DNA of 64,000 nt from Eledone cirrhosa. Taxonomy: Eukaryota. Location of the stretch: positions 2,294,001-2,358,000 of the forward strand of contig OZ024744.1 in NCBI GenBank assembly GCA_964016885.1. The letters run 5' to 3'. Shown piece by piece: positions 12,501 through 27,070 of the stretch. How positions within the stretch are numbered: the stretch's first letter is position 1; each line of letters starts with the position of its first letter. Position numbers and translations under genes: made by a program. The notes beneath the pieces are model-generated. The model saw only the letters and a program-made list of their open reading frames with translations. It searched no databases and was not told the DNA's origin.

Positions 12501-15500
12501 CACCAAGCTATCTTTCTCTACCTTGTCTTCCCCCAAAACTTCGTTCTTCACCAAGCTATATTCCTCTACCTTGCCTTCCCTCAAAACTTCGTTCTTCATC
12601 AAGCTATCTTTCTCTACTTTGTCTTCCCTCAAAACGTCGTTCTTCACCAAGCTATCTTTCTCTACCTTGTCTTCCCTCAAAACTTCGTTCGTTCTTCATC
12701 AAGCTATCTTTCTCTACCTTGTCTTCCCTCAAAACGTCGTTCTTCACCAAGCTATCTTTCTCTACCTTGTCTTCCCCCAAAACTTCGTTCTTCACCAAGC
12801 TATCTTTCTCTACCTTGTCTTCCCTCAAAACTTCGTTCTTCATCAAGCTATCTTTATCTACCTTGTCTTCCCACAAAACGTCGTTCTTCACCAAGCTATC
12901 TTTCTCTACCTTGTCTCCCCACAAAACGTCGTTCTTCACCAAGCTATCTTTCTCTACCCATTCTTCCCTCAAAACTTCGTTCTTCACCAAGCTATCTTTC
13001 TCTACCTTGTCTTCCCCCAAAACTTCGTTCTTCACCAAGCTAATCTTTCTCTACCTTGTCTTCCCCCAAAACTTCGTTCTTCACCAAGCTATCTTTCTCT
13101 ACCTTGTCTTCCCCCAAAACTTAGTTCTTCACCAAGCTATCTTTCTCTACCTTGACTTCCCTCAAAACTTCGTTCTTCACCAAGCTATCTTTCTCTACCT
13201 TGTCTTCCCCCAAAAAATTCGTTCTTCACCAAGCTATCTTTCTCTACCTTGTCTTCCTTCAAAACTTCGTTCTTCACCAAGCTATCTTTCTCTACCTTGT
13301 CTTCCCTCAAAACACCGTTCTTCATCAAGCTATCTTTCTCTACCTTGTCTTCCCCCAAAACTTCGTTCTTCACCAGGCTATCTTTCACTACCTTGTCTTC
13401 ACCAACAACTTCGTTCTTCACCAAGCTATCTTTCTCTAGCATGTCTTCCCTCAAAACTTCCTTCTTCACCAAGCTATCTTTCTCTATCTTGTCTTCCCCC
13501 AACACTTCGTTCTTCATCAAGCTATCTTTCTCTACCTTGTCTTCCCTCAAAACGTCTTTCTTCACCAAGCTATCTTTCTCTACCTTGTCTTCCCCCAAAA
13601 CTCCGTTCTTCACCAAGCTATCTTTCTCTACCTTGTCCTCCCCCAAAACTTCGTTCTTCATCAAGCTATCTTTCTCTACCTTGTCTTCCCTCAAAACGTC
13701 GTTCTTCACCAAGCTATCTTTCTCTACCCATTATTCCCTCAAAACTTCGTTCTTCACCAAGCTATCTTTCTCTACCTTGTCTTCCCCCAAAACTTCGTTC
13801 TTCACCAAGCTATCTTTCTCTACCTTGCCTTCCCTCAAAACTTCGTTCTTCATCAAGCTATCATTCTCTACTTTGTCTTCCTTCAAAACGTCGTTCTTCA
13901 CCAAGCTATCTTTCTCTACCTTGTCTTCCCTCAAAACTTCGGTCGTTCTTCATCAAGCTATCTTTCTCTACCTTGTCTTCCCCCAAAACTTCGTTCTTCA
14001 CCAAGCTATCTTTCTCTACCTTGTCTTCCCTCAAAACGTCGTTCTTCACCAAGCTATCTTTCTCTACCCATTCTTCCCTCAAAACTTCGTTCTTCACCAA
14101 GCTATCTTTCTCTACCTTGTCTTCCCCAAAACTTCGTTCTTCACCAAGCTATCTTTCTCTACCTTGTCTTCCCTCAAAACTTCGTTCTTCACCAAGCTAT
14201 CTTTCTCTACCTTGTCTTCCCCCAAAACTTCGTTCCTCACCAAGCTATCTTTCTCTACCTTGTCTTCCCTCAAAACTTCGTTCTTCACCAAGCTATCTTT
14301 CTTTACCTCGTCTTCCCCCAAAACTTCGTTCTTCACCAAGCTATCTTTCTCTACCTTGTCTTCCCTCAAAACGTCGTTCTTCACCAAGCTATCTTTCTCT
14401 ATCTTGTCTTCCCCCAACACTTCGTTCTTCATCAAGCTATATTTCTCTACCTTGTCTTCCCTCAAAACGTCGTTCTTCACCAAGCTATCTTTCTCTACCC
14501 ATTCTTCCCTCAAAACTACGTTCTTCACCAAGCTATCTTTCTCTACCTTGTCTTCCCTCAAAACTTCGTTCTTCATCAAGCTATCTTTCTCTACCTTGTC
14601 TCCCCCAAAAGTTCGTTCTTCACCAAGCTATCTTTCTCTACCTTGTCTTCCCTCAAAACGTCGTTCTTCACCAAGCTATCTTTCTCTACCCATTCTTCCC
14701 TCAAAACTACGTTCTTCACCAAGCTATCTTTCTCTACCTTGTCTTCCCTCAAAACTTCGTTCTTCATCAAGCTATCTTTCTCTACCTTGTCTTCCCTCAA
14801 AACTTCGTTCTTCACCAAGCTATCTTTCTCTACCTTGTCTTCCCCCAAAACTTCGTTCCTCACCAAGCTATCTTTCTCTACCCATTCTTCCCTCAAAACT
14901 TCGTTCTTCACCAAGCTATCTTTCTCTTCCTTGTCTTCCCCCAAAACTTCGTTCTTCACCAAGCTATCTTTCTCTACCTTGTCTTCCCTCAAAACTTCGT
15001 TCTTCACCAAGCTATCTTTCTCTACCTTGTCTTCCCCAAAACTTCGTTCCTCACCAAGCTATCTTTCTCTACCTTGTCTTCCCTCAAAACTTCGTTCTTC
15101 ACCAAGCTATCTTTCTTTACCTCGTCTTCCCCCAAAACTTCGTTCTTCACCAAGCTATCTTTCTCTACCTTGTCTTCCCTCAAAACGTCGTTCTTCACCA
15201 AGCTATCTTTCTCTATCTTGTCTTCCCCCAACACTTCGTTCTTCATCAAGCTATCTTTCTCTACCTTGTCGTCCCTCGAAACGTCGTTCTTCACCAAGCT
15301 ATCTTTCTCTACCCATTCTTCCCTCAAAACTTCGTTCTTCACCAAGCTATCTTTCTCTACCTTGTCTTCCCTCAAAACTTCGTTCTTCATCAAGCTATCT
15401 TTCTCTACCTTGTCTTCCCACAAAACTTCGTTCTTCACCAAGCTATCTTTCTCTACCTTGTCTCCCCTCAAAACGTCATTCTTCACCAAGCTATCTTTCT

Positions 15501-18500
15501 CTACCCATTCTTCCCTCAAAACATCGTTCTTCACCAAGCTATCTTTCTCTACCTTGTCTCCCCCAAAAGTTCGTTCTTCACCAAGCTATCTTTCTCTACC
15601 TTGTCTTCCCTCAAAACTTCGTTCTTCACCAAGCTATCTTTCTCTACCTTGTCTTCCCCCAAAACTTCGTTCTTCACCAAGCTATCTTTCTCTACCTTGC
15701 CTTCCCTCAAAACTTCGTTCTTCACCAAGCTATCTTTCTCTACCTCGTCTTCCCCCAAAACTTCGTTCTTCACCAAGCTATCTTTCTCTACCTTATCTTC
15801 CCTCAACACTTCGTTCTTCAGCAAGCTATCTTTCTCTACCTTGTCTTCCCTCAAAACGTCGTTCTTCACCAAGCTATCTTTCTCTACCATGTCTTCACCC
15901 AACAATTCGTTCTTCATCAAGCTATCTTTCTCTACCTTGTCTTCCCTCAAAACGTCGTTCTTCACCAAGCTATCTTTCTCTACCTTGTCTTCCCTCAAAA
16001 CTTCGTTCTTCACCAAGCTATCTTTCTCTACCTTCTCTTCCCCCAAAACTCCGTCCTTCACCAAGCTATCTTTCTCTACCTTGTCCTCCCCCAAAACTTC
16101 GTTCTTCATCAAGCTATCTTTCTCTACCTTGTCTTCCCTCAAAACGTCTTTCTTCACCAAGCTATCTTTCTCTACCTTGCCTTCCCTCAAAACTTCGTTC
16201 TTCACCAAGCTATCTTTCTCTACCTTGTCTACCCCCAAAACTTCGTTCTTCACCAAGCTATCTTTCTCTAGCATGTCTTCCCTCAAAACTTCCTTCTTCA
16301 CCAAGCTATCTTTCTCTATCTTGTCTTCCCCCAACACTTCGTTCTTCATCAAGCTATCTTTCTCTACCTTGTCTTCCCTCAAAACGTCTTTCTTCACCAA
16401 GCTATCTTTCTCTACCTTGTCTTCCCCCAAAACTCCGTTCTTCACCAAGCTATCTTTCTCAACCTTGTCCTCCCCCAAAACTTCGTTCTTCATCAAGCTA
16501 TCTTTCTCTACCTTGTCTTCCCTCAAAACGTCGTTCTTCACCAAGCTATCTTTCTCTACCCATTATTCCCTCAAAACTTCGTTCTTCACCAAGCTATCTT
16601 TCTCTACCTTGTCTTCCTTCAAAACGTCGTTCTTCACCAAGCTATCTTTCTCTACCTTGTCTTCCCTCAAAACTTCGGTCGTTCTTCATCAAGCTATCTT
16701 TCTCTACCTTGTCTTCCCTCAAAACGTCGTTCTTCACCAAGCTATCTTTCTCTACCCATTCTTCCCTCAAAACTTCGTTCTTCACCAAGCTATCTTTCTC
16801 TACCTTGTCTTCCCTCAAAACTTCGTTCGTTCTTCATCAAGCTATCTTTCTCTACCTTGTCTTCCCTCAAAACTTCGTTATTCACCAAGCTATCTTTCTC
16901 TACCTTGTCTTCCCCCAAAACTTCGTTCTTCATCAAGCTATCTTTCTCTACCTTGTCTTCCCTCAAAACGTCGTTCTTCACCAAGCTATCTTTCTCTACC
17001 TTGTCCTCCCTCAAAACGTCGTTCTTCACCAAGCTATCTTTCTCTACCTTGTCTTGCCTCAAAACGTCGTTCTTCACCAAGCTATCTTTCTCTACCCATT
17101 CTTCCCTCAAAATTTCGTTCTTCACCAAGCTATCTTTCTCTACCTTGTCTTCCCCCAAAACTTCGTTCTTCACCAAGCTATCTTTCTCTACCTTGTCTTC
17201 CCACAAAACTTCGTTCTTCACCAAGCTATCTTTCTCTACCTTGTCTTCCCACAAAACGTCGTTCTTCACCAAGCTATCTTTCTCTACCTTGTCTTCCCTC
17301 AAAACGTCGTTCTTCACCAAGCTATCTTTCTCTACCCATTCTTCCCTCAAAACATCGTTCTTCACCAAGCTATCTTTCTCTACCTTGTCTCCCCCAAAAG
17401 TTCGTTCTTCACCAAGCTATCTTTCTCTACCTTGTCTTCCCTCAAAACTTCGTTCTTCACCAAGCTATCTTTCTCTACCTTGTCTTCCCCCAAAACTTCG
17501 TTCTTCACCAAGCTATCTTTCTCTACCTTGCCTTCCCTCAAAACTTCGTTCTTCACCAAGCTATCTTTCTCTACCTCGTCTTCCCCCAAAACTTCGTTCT
17601 TCACCAAGCTATCTTTCTCTACCTTATCTTACCTCAACACTTCGTTCTTCAGCAAGCTATCTTTCTCTACCTTGTCTTCCCTCAAAACGTCGTTCTTCAC
17701 CAAGCTATCTTTCTCTACCTTGTCTTCACCCAACACTTCGTTCTTCATCAAGCTATCTTTCTCTACCTTGTCTTCCCTCAAAACGTCGTTCTTCACCAAG
17801 CTATCTTTCTCTACCTTGTCTTCCCTCAAAACTTCGTTCTTCACCAAGCTATCTTTCTCTACCTTCTCTTCCCCCAAAACTCCGTCCTTCACCAAGCTAT
17901 CTTTCTCTACCTTGTCCTCCCCCAAAACTTCGTTCTTCATCAAGCTATCTTTCTCTACCTTGTCTTCCCTCAAAACGTCTTTCTTCACCAAGCTATCTTT
18001 CTCTACCTTGCCTTCCCTCAAAACTTCGTTCTTCACCAAGCTATCTTTCTCTACCTTGTCTACCCCCAAAACTTCGTTCTTCACCAAGCTATCTTTCTCT
18101 ACCTTGTCTTCCCTCAAAACTTCGTTCTTCACCAAGCTACCTTTCTCTACCTTGTCTTCCCTCAAAACGTCGTTCTTCACCAAGCTATCTTTCTCTACCT
18201 TGTCTTCCCCCAAAACTTCGTTCTTCACCAAGCTATCTTTCACTACCTTGTCTTCACCAACAACTTCTTTCTTCACCAAGCTATCTTTCTCTACCTTGTC
18301 TTCCCTCAAAACTTCGTTCTTCATCAAGCTATCTTTCTCTACCTTGTCTTCCCACAAAACGTCGTTCTTCACCAAGCTATCTTTCTCTACCCATTCTTCC
18401 CTCAAAACTTCGTTCTTCACCAAGCTATCTTTCTCTACCTTGTCTTCCCCCAAAACTTCGTTCTTCACCAAGCTATATTCCTCTACCTTGCCTTCCCTCA

Positions 18501-21500
18501 AAACTTCGTTCTTCATCAAGCTATCTTTCTCTACTTTGTCTTCCCTCAAAACGTCGTTCTTCACCAAGCTATCTTTCTCTACCTTGTCTTCCCTCAAAAC
18601 TTCGTTCGTTCTTCATCAAGCTATCTTTCTCTACCTTGTCTTCCCTCAAAACGTCGTTCTTCACCAAGCTATCTTTCTCTACCTTGTCTTCCCCCAAAAC
18701 TTCGTTCTTCACCAAGCTATCTTTCTCTACCTTGTCTTCCCTCAAAACTTCGTTCTTCATCAAGCTATCTTTATCTACCTTGTCTTCCCACAAAACGTCG
18801 TTCTTCACCAAGCTATCTTTCTCTACCTTGTCTCCCCACAAAACGTCGTTCTTCACCAAGCTATCTTTCTCTACCTTGTCTTCCCCCAAAACTTCGTTCT
18901 TCACCAAGCTAATCTTTCTCTACCTTGTCTTCCCCCAAAACTTCGTTCTTCACCAAGCTATCTTTCTCTACCTTGTCTTCCCCCAAAACTTAGTTCTTCA
19001 CCAAGCTATCTTTCTCTACCTTGACTTCCCTCAAAACTTCGTTCTTCACCAAGCTATCTTTCTCTACCTTGTCTTCCCCCAAAAAATTCGTTCTTCACCA
19101 AGCTATCTTTCTCTACCTTGTCTTCCTTCAAAACTTCGTTCTTCACCAAGCTATCTTTCTCTACCTTGTCTTCCCTCAAAACACCGTTCTTCATCAAGCT
19201 ATCTTTCTCTACCTTGTCTTCCCCCAAAACTTCGTTCTTCACCAGGCTATCTTTCACTACCTTGTCTTCACCAACAACTTCGTTCTTCACCAAGCTATCT
19301 TTCTCTAGCATGTCTTCCCTCAAAACTTCCTTCTTCACCAAGCTATCTTTCTCTATCTTGTCTTCCCCCAACACTTCGTTCTTCATCAAGCTATCTTTCT
19401 CTACCTTGTCTTCCCTCAAAACGTCTTTCTTCACCAAGCTATCTTTCTCTACCTTGTCTTCCCCCAAAACTCCGTTCTTCACCAAGCTATCTTTCTCTAC
19501 CTTGTCCTCCCCCAAAACTTCGTTCTTCATCAAGCTATCTTTCTCTACCTTGTCTTCCCTCAAAACGTCGTTCTTCACCAAGCTATCTTTCTCTACCCAT
19601 TATTCCCTCAAAACTTCGTTCTTCACCAAGCTATCTTTCTCTACCTTGTCTTCCCCCAAAACTTCGTTCTTCACCAAGCTATCTTTCTCTACCTTGCCTT
19701 CCCTCAAAACTTCGTTCTTCATCAAGCTATCATTCTCTACTTTGTCTTCCTTCAAAACGTCGTTCTTCACCAAGCTATCTTTCTCTACCTTGTCTTCCCT
19801 CAAAACTTCGGTCGTTCTTCATCAAGCTATCTTTCTCTACCTTGTCTTCCCCCAAAACTTCGTTCTTCACCAAGCTATCTTTCTCTACCTTGTCTTCCCT
19901 CAAAACGTCGTTCTTCACCAAGCTATCTTTCTCTACCCATTCTTCCCTCAAAACTTCGTTCTTCACCAAGCTATCTTTCTCTACCTTGTCTTCCCCAAAA
20001 CTTCGTTCTTCACCAAGCTATCTTTCTCTACCTTGTCTTCCCTCAAAACTTCGTTCTTCACCAAGCTATCTTTCTCTACCTTGTCTTCCCCCAAAACTTC
20101 GTTCCTCACCAAGCTATCTTTCTCTACCTTGTCTTCCCTCAAAACTTCGTTCTTCACCAAGCTATCTTTCTTTACCTCGTCTTCCCCCAAAACTTCGTTC
20201 TTCACCAAGCTATCTTTCTCTACCTTGTCTTCCCTCAAAACGTCGTTCTTCACCAAGCTATCTTTCTCTATCTTGTCTTCCCCCAACACTTCGTTCTTCA
20301 TCAAGCTATATTTCTCTACCTTGTCTTCCCTCAAAACGTCGTTCTTCACCAAGCTATCTTTCTCTACCCATTCTTCCCTCAAAACTACGTTCTTCACCAA
20401 GCTATCTTTCTCTACCTTGTCTTCCCTCAAAACTTCGTTCTTCATCAAGCTATCTTTCTCTACCTTGTCTCCCCCAAAAGTTCGTTCTTCACCAAGCTAT
20501 CTTTCTCTACCTTGTCTTCCCTCAAAACGTCGTTCTTCACCAAGCTATCTTTCTCTACCCATTCTTCCCTCAAAACTACGTTCTTCACCAAGCTATCTTT
20601 CTCTACCTTGTCTTCCCTCAAAACTTCGTTCTTCATCAAGCTATCTTTCTCTACCTTGTCTTCCCTCAAAACTTCGTTCTTCACCAAGCTATCTTTCTCT
20701 ACCTTGTCTTCCCCCAAAACTTCGTTCCTCACCAAGCTATCTTTCTCTACCCATTCTTCCCTCAAAACTTCGTTCTTCACCAAGCTATCTTTCTCTTCCT
20801 TGTCTTCCCCCAAAACTTCGTTCTTCACCAAGCTATCTTTCTCTACCTTGTCTTCCCTCAAAACTTCGTTCTTCACCAAGCTATCTTTCTCTACCTTGTC
20901 TTCCCCAAAACTTCGTTCCTCACCAAGCTATCTTTCTCTACCTTGTCTTCCCTCAAAACTTCGTTCTTCACCAAGCTATCTTTCTTTACCTCGTCTTCCC
21001 CCAAAACTTCGTTCTTCACCAAGCTATCTTTCTCTACCTTGTCTTCCCTCAAAACGTCGTTCTTCACCAAGCTATCTTTCTCTATCTTGTCTTCCCCCAA
21101 CACTTCGTTCTTCATCAAGCTATCTTTCTCTACCTTGTCGTCCCTCGAAACGTCGTTCTTCACCAAGCTATCTTTCTCTACCCATTCTTCCCTCAAAACT
21201 TCGTTCTTCACCAAGCTATCTTTCTCTACCTTGTCTTCCCTCAAAACTTCGTTCTTCATCAAGCTATCTTTCTCTACCTTGTCTTCCCACAAAACTTCGT
21301 TCTTCACCAAGCTATCTTTCTCTACCTTGTCTCCCCTCAAAACGTCATTCTTCACCAAGCTATCTTTCTCTACCCATTCTTCCCTCAAAACATCGTTCTT
21401 CACCAAGCTATCTTTCTCTACCTTGTCTCCCCCAAAAGTTCGTTCTTCACCAAGCTATCTTTCTCTACCTTGTCTTCCCTCAAAACTTCGTTCTTCACCA

Positions 21501-21541
21501 AGCTATCTTTCTCTACCTTGTCTTCCCCCAAAACTTCGTTC
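9562..21541. repeat. Near-identical tandem duplication of a ~5.9-kb (~123-monomer) block
   Basis: Identical ORF translations occur at offset 5917 (9632/15549, 10873/16790, 11463/17380, 11712/17629) and then 5869 (13152/19021, 14112/19981, 15022/20891). The 48-bp change is loss of one CCCATT-type monomer (~12957-13004) in copy 2 near 18873. Confidence 0.95.
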
Positions 21542-22063
21542 CTCACCAAGCTATTTTTCTCTACCTTGTCTTCCCTCAAAACGTCGTTCTTCACCAAGCT
21601 ATCTTTCTCTATCTTGTCTTCCCCCAACACTTCGTTCTTCATCAAGCTATATTTCTCTACCTTGTCTTCCCTCAAAACGTCGTTCTTCACCAAGCTATCT
21701 TTCTCTACCCATTCTTCCCTCAAAACTACGTTCTTCACCAAGCTATCTTTCTCTACCTTGTCTTCCCTCAAAACTTCGTTCTTCATCAAGCTATCTTTCT
21801 CTACCTTGTCTTCCCACAAAACTTCGTTCTTCACCAAGCTATCTTTCTCTACCTTGTCTCCCCTCAAAACGTCGTTCTTCACCAAGCTATCTTTCTCTAC
21901 CCATTCTTCCCTCAAAACATCGTTCTTCACCAAGCTATCTTTCTCTACCTTGTCTCCCCCAAAAGTTCGTTCTTCACCAAGCTATCTTTCTCTACCTTGT
22001 CTTCCCTCAAAACGTCGTTCTTCACCAAGCTATCTTTCTCTACCCATTCTTCCCTCAAAACTA

Positions 22064-25000
22064 CGTTCTTCACCAAGCTATCTTTCTCTACCTTGTCTTC
22101 CCTCAAAACTTCGTTCTTCATCAAGCTATCTTTCTCTACCTTGTCTTCCCTCAAAACTTCGTTCTTCACCAAGCTATCTTTCTCTACCTTGTCTTCCCCC
22201 AAAACTTCGTTCCTCACCAAGCTATCTTTCTCTACCTTGTCTTCCCTCAAAACTTCGTTCTTCACCAAGCTATCTTTCTCTACCTCGTCTTCCCCCAAAA
22301 CTTCGTTCTTCACCAAGCTATCTTTCTCTACCTTGCCTTCCCTCAAAACTTCGTTCTTCATCAAGCTATCTTTCTCTACTTTGTCTTCCTTCAAAACGTC
22401 GTTCTTCACCAAGCTATCTTTCTCTACCTTGTCTTCCTTCAAAACTTCGGTCGTTCTTCATCAAGCTATCTTTCTCTACCTTGTCTTCCCTCAAAACGTC
22501 GTTCTTCACCAAGCTATCTTTCTCTACCTTGTTTCCCCAAAACTTCGTTCTTCACCAAGCTATCTTTCACTACCTTGTCTTCACCAACAACTTCGTTCTT
22601 CACCAAGCTATCTTTCTCTAGCATGTTTTCCCTCAAAACTTCCTTCTTCACCAAGCTATCTTTCCCTACCTTGTCTTACCTCAAAACTTCGTTCTTCACC
22701 AAGCTATCTTTCTCTACCTTGTCTTCCCCCCAAAACTTCGTTCTTCACCAAGCTATCTTTCTCTACCTTGTCTTCCTTCAAAACTTCGTTCTTCACCAAG
22801 CTATCTTTCTCTACCTTGTCTTCCCTCAAAACTCCGTTCTTCATCAAGCTATCTTTCTCTACCTTGTCTTCCCCCAAAACTTCGTTCTTCACCAAGCTAT
22901 CTTTCACTACCTTGTCTTCACCAACAACTTCGTTCTTCACCAAGCTATCTTTCTCTAGCATGTCTTCCCTCAAAACTCCCTTCTGCACCAAGCTATCTTT
23001 CTCTATCTTGTCTTCCCCCAACACTTCGTTCTTCATCAAGCTATCTTTCTCTACCTTGTCTTCCCTCAAAACGTCGTTCTTCACCATGCTATCTTTCTCT
23101 ACCCATTCTTCCCTCAAAACTTCGTTCTTCACCAAGCTATCTTTCTCTTCCTTGTCTTCCCCCAAAACTTCGTTCTTCACCAAGCTATCTTTCTCTACCT
23201 TGTCTTCCCTCAAAACTTCGTTCTTCACCAAGCTATCTTTCTCTACATTGTCTTCCCCCAAAACTTCGTTCCTCACCAAGCTATCTTTCTCTACCTTGTC
23301 TTCCCTCAAAACTTCGTTCTTCACCAAGCTATCTTTCTTTACCTCGTCTTCCCCCAAAACTTCGTTCTTCACCAAGCTATCTTTCTCTACCTTGTCTTCC
23401 CTCAAAACGTCGTTCTTCACCAAGCTATCTTTCTCTATCTTGTCTTCCCCCAACACTTCGTTCTTCATCAAGCTATCTTTCTCAACCTTGTCGTCCCTCG
23501 AAACGTCGTTCTTCACCAAGCTATCTTTCTCTACCCATTCTTCCCTCAAAACTTCGTTCTTCACCAAGCTATCTTTCTCTACCTTGTCTTCCCTCAAAAC
23601 TTCGTTCTTCATCAAGCTATCTTTCTCTACCTTGTTTTCCCACAAAACTTCGTTCTTCACCAAGCTATCTTTCTCTACCTTGTCTCCCCTCAAAACGTCG
23701 TTCTTCACCAAGCTATCTTTCTCTACCCATTCTTCCCTCAAAACATCGTTCTTCACCAAGCTATCTTTCTCTACCTTGTCTCCCCTAAAAGTTCGTTCTT
23801 CACCAAGCTATCTTTCTCTACCTTGTCTTCCCTCAAAACTTCCTTCTTCACCAAGCTATCTTTCTCTACCTTGTCTTCCCCCAAAACTTCGTTCCTCACC
23901 AAGCTATCTTTCTCTACCTTGTCTTCCCTCAAAACTTCGTTCTTCACCAAGCTATCTTTCTCTACATCGTCTTCTCTCAACACTTCGTTCTTCATCAAGC
24001 TATCTTTCTCTACCTTGTCTTCCCTCAAAACGTCGTTCTTCACCATGCTATCTTTCTCTACCCATTCTTCCCTCAAAACTTCGTTCTTCACCAAGCTATC
24101 TTTCTCTTCCTTGTCTTCCCCCAAAACTTCGTTCTTCACCAAGCTATCTTTCTCTACCTTGTCTTCCCTCAAAACTTCGTTCTTCACCAAGCTATCTTTC
24201 TCTACATTGTCTTCCCCCAAAACTTCGTTCCTCACCAAGCTATCTTTCTCTACCTTGTCTTCCCTCAAAACTTCGTTCTTCACCAAGCTATCTTTCTTTA
24301 CCTCGTCTTCCCCCAAAACTTCGTTCTTCACCAAGCTATCTTTCTCTACCTTGTCTTCCCTCAAAACGTCGTTCTTCACCAAGCTATCTTTCTCTACCTT
24401 GTCTTCCCCCAAAACTCCGTCCTTCACCAAGCTATCTTTCTCTACCTTGTCCTCCCCCAAAACCTCGTTCTTCATCAAGCTATCTTTCTCTACCTTGTCT
24501 TCCCTCAAAACGTCTTTCTTCACCAAGCTATCTTTCTCTACCTTGTCTTCCCTCACAACTTCGTTCTTCACCAAGCTATCTTTCTCTAACTTGTCTACCC
24601 CCAAAACTTCGTTCTTCACCAAGCTATCTTTCTCTACCTTGTCTTCCCTCAAAACTTCGTTCTTCACCAAGCTATCTTTCTCTACCTTGTCTTCCCTCAA
24701 AACGTCGTTCTTCACCAAGCTATCTTTCTCTACCTTGTCTTCCCTCAAAACTTCGTTCTTCATCAAGCTATCTTTCTCTACCTTGTCTTCCCTCAAAACT
24801 TCGTTCTTCACCAAGCTATCTTTCTCTACCTTGTCTTCCCCCAAAACTTCGTTCCTCACCAAGCTATCTTTCTCTACCTTGTCTTCCCTCAAAACTTCGT
24901 TCTTCACCAAGCTATCTTTCTCTACCTCGTCTTCCCCAAAAACTTCGTTCTTCACCAAGCTATCTTTCTCTACCTTGCCTTCCCTCAAAACTTCGTTCTT

Positions 25001-27070
25001 CATCAAGCTATCTTTCTCTACTTTGTCTTCCTTCAAAACGTCGTTCTTCACCAAGCTATCTTTCTCTACCTTGTCTTCCTTCAAAACTTCGGTCGTTCTT
25101 CATCAAGCTATCTTTCTCTACCTTGTCTTCCCTCAAAACGTCGTTCTTCACCAAGCTATCTTTCTCTACCTTGTTTCCCCAAAACTTCGTTCTTCACCAA
25201 GCTATCTTTCACTACCTTGTCTTCACCAACAACTTCGTTCTTCACCAAGCTATCTTTCTCTAGCATGTCTTCCCTCAAAACTTCCTTCTTCACCAAGCTA
25301 TCTTTCCCTACCTTGTCTTACCTCAAAACTTCGTTCTTCACCAAGCTATCTTTCTCTACCTTGTCTTCCCCCCAAAACTTCGTTCTTCACCAAGCTATCT
25401 TTCTCTACCTTGTCTTCCTTCAAAACTTCGTTCTTCACCAAGCTATCTTTCTCTACCTTGTCTTCCCTCAAAACTCCGTTCTTCATCAAGCTATCTTTCT
25501 CTACCTTGTCTTCCCCCAAAACTTCGTTCTTCACCAAGCTATCTTTCACTACCTTGTCTTCACCAACAACTTCGTTCTTCACCAAGCTATCTTTCTCTAG
25601 CATGTCTTCCCTCAAAACTCCCTTCTTCACCAAGCTATCTTTCTCTATCTTGTCTTCCCCCAACACTTCGTTCTTCATCAAGCTATCTTTCTCTACCTTG
25701 TCTTCCCTCAAAACGTCGTTCTTCACCATGCTATCTTTCTCTACCCATTCTTCCCTCAAAACTTCGTTCTTCACCAAGCTATTTTTCTCTTCCTTGTCTT
25801 CCCCCAAAACTTCGTTCTTCACCAAGCTATCTTTCTCTACCTTGTCTTCCCTCAAAATTTCGTTCTTCACCAAGCTATCTTTCTTTACCTCGTCTTCCCC
25901 CAAAACTTCGTTCTTCACCAAGCTATCTTTCTCTACCTTGTCTTCCCTCAAAACGTCGTTCTTCACCAAGCTATCTTTCTCTATCTTGTCTTCCCCCAAC
26001 ACTTCGTTCTTCATCAAGCTATCTTTCTCAACCTTGTCGTCCCTCGAAACGTCGTTCTTCACCAAGCTATCTTTCTCTACCCATTCTTCCCTCAAAACTT
26101 CGTTCTTCACCAAGCTATCTTTCTCTACCTTGTCTTCCCTCAAAACTTCGTTCTTCATCAAGCTATCTTTCTCTACCTTGTCTTCCCACAAAACTTCGTT
26201 CTTCACCAAGCTATCTTTCTCTACCTTGTCTCCCCTCAAAACGTCGTTCTTCACCAAGCTATCTTTCTCTACCCATTCTTCCCTCAAAACATCGTTCTTC
26301 ACCAAGCTATCTTTCTCTACCTTGTCTCCCCCAAAAGTTCGTTCTTCACCAAGCTATCTTTCTCTACCTTGTCTTCCCTCAAAACTTCCTTCTTCACCAA
26401 GCTATCTTTCTCTACCTTGTCTTCCCCCAAAACTTCGTTCCTCACCAAGCTATCTTTCTCTACCTTGTCTTCCCTCAAAACTTCGTTCTTCACCAAGCTA
26501 TTTTTCTCTACATCGTCTTCTCTCAACACTTCGTTCTTCATCAAGCTATCTTTCTCTACCTTGTCTTCCCTCAAAACGTCGTTCTTCACCAAGCTATCTT
26601 TCTCTACCTTGTCTTCCCCCAACACTTCGTTCTTCATCAAGCTATCTTTCTCTACCTTGTCTTCCCTCAAAACGTCGTTTTTCACCAAGCTATCTTTCTC
26701 TACCTTGTCTTCCCTCAAAATTTCGTTCTTCACCAAGCTATCTTTCTCTACCTTGTCTTCCCCCAAAACTCCGTCCTTCACCAAGCTATCTTTCTCTACC
26801 TTGTCCTCCCCCAAAACCTCGTTCTTCATCAAGCTATCTTTCTCTACCTTGTCTTCCCTCAAAACGTCTTTCTTCACCAAGCTATCTTTCTCTACCTTGT
26901 CTTCCCTCACAACTTCGTTCTTCACCAAGCTATCTTTCTCTAACTTGTCTACCCCAAAACTTCGTTCTTCACCAAGCTATCTTTCTCTACCTCGTCTTCC
27001 CTCAAAACTTCGTTCTTCACCAAGCTATCTTTCTCTACCTTGTCTTCCCTCAAAACGTCGTTCTTCACCA
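22064..27070. repeat. Imperfect tandem duplication of ~2.6 kb (offset 2642, then 2546, then ~2350)
   Basis: ORF pairs 22442/25084 and 22704/25346 (offset 2642) and 23759/26305 (2546). Shared rare alleles: GTTTCCCCAAAA (-2), CTTACCTC, CACCATGC, CTACATCGTCTTCTCTC, AAAACCTCG, CCCTCACAAC. Confidence 0.88.

Noticed and set aside
22440-22740. Compensating indels that restore reading frame or register
   Set aside because: This cassette nets +3 (+4, -2, +1) here but +4 (+4, -1, +1) in the copies at 52.6-63.1 kb. Duplication offsets such as 5917, 1826 and 2599 are not multiples of 3, so there is no consistent frame preservation.
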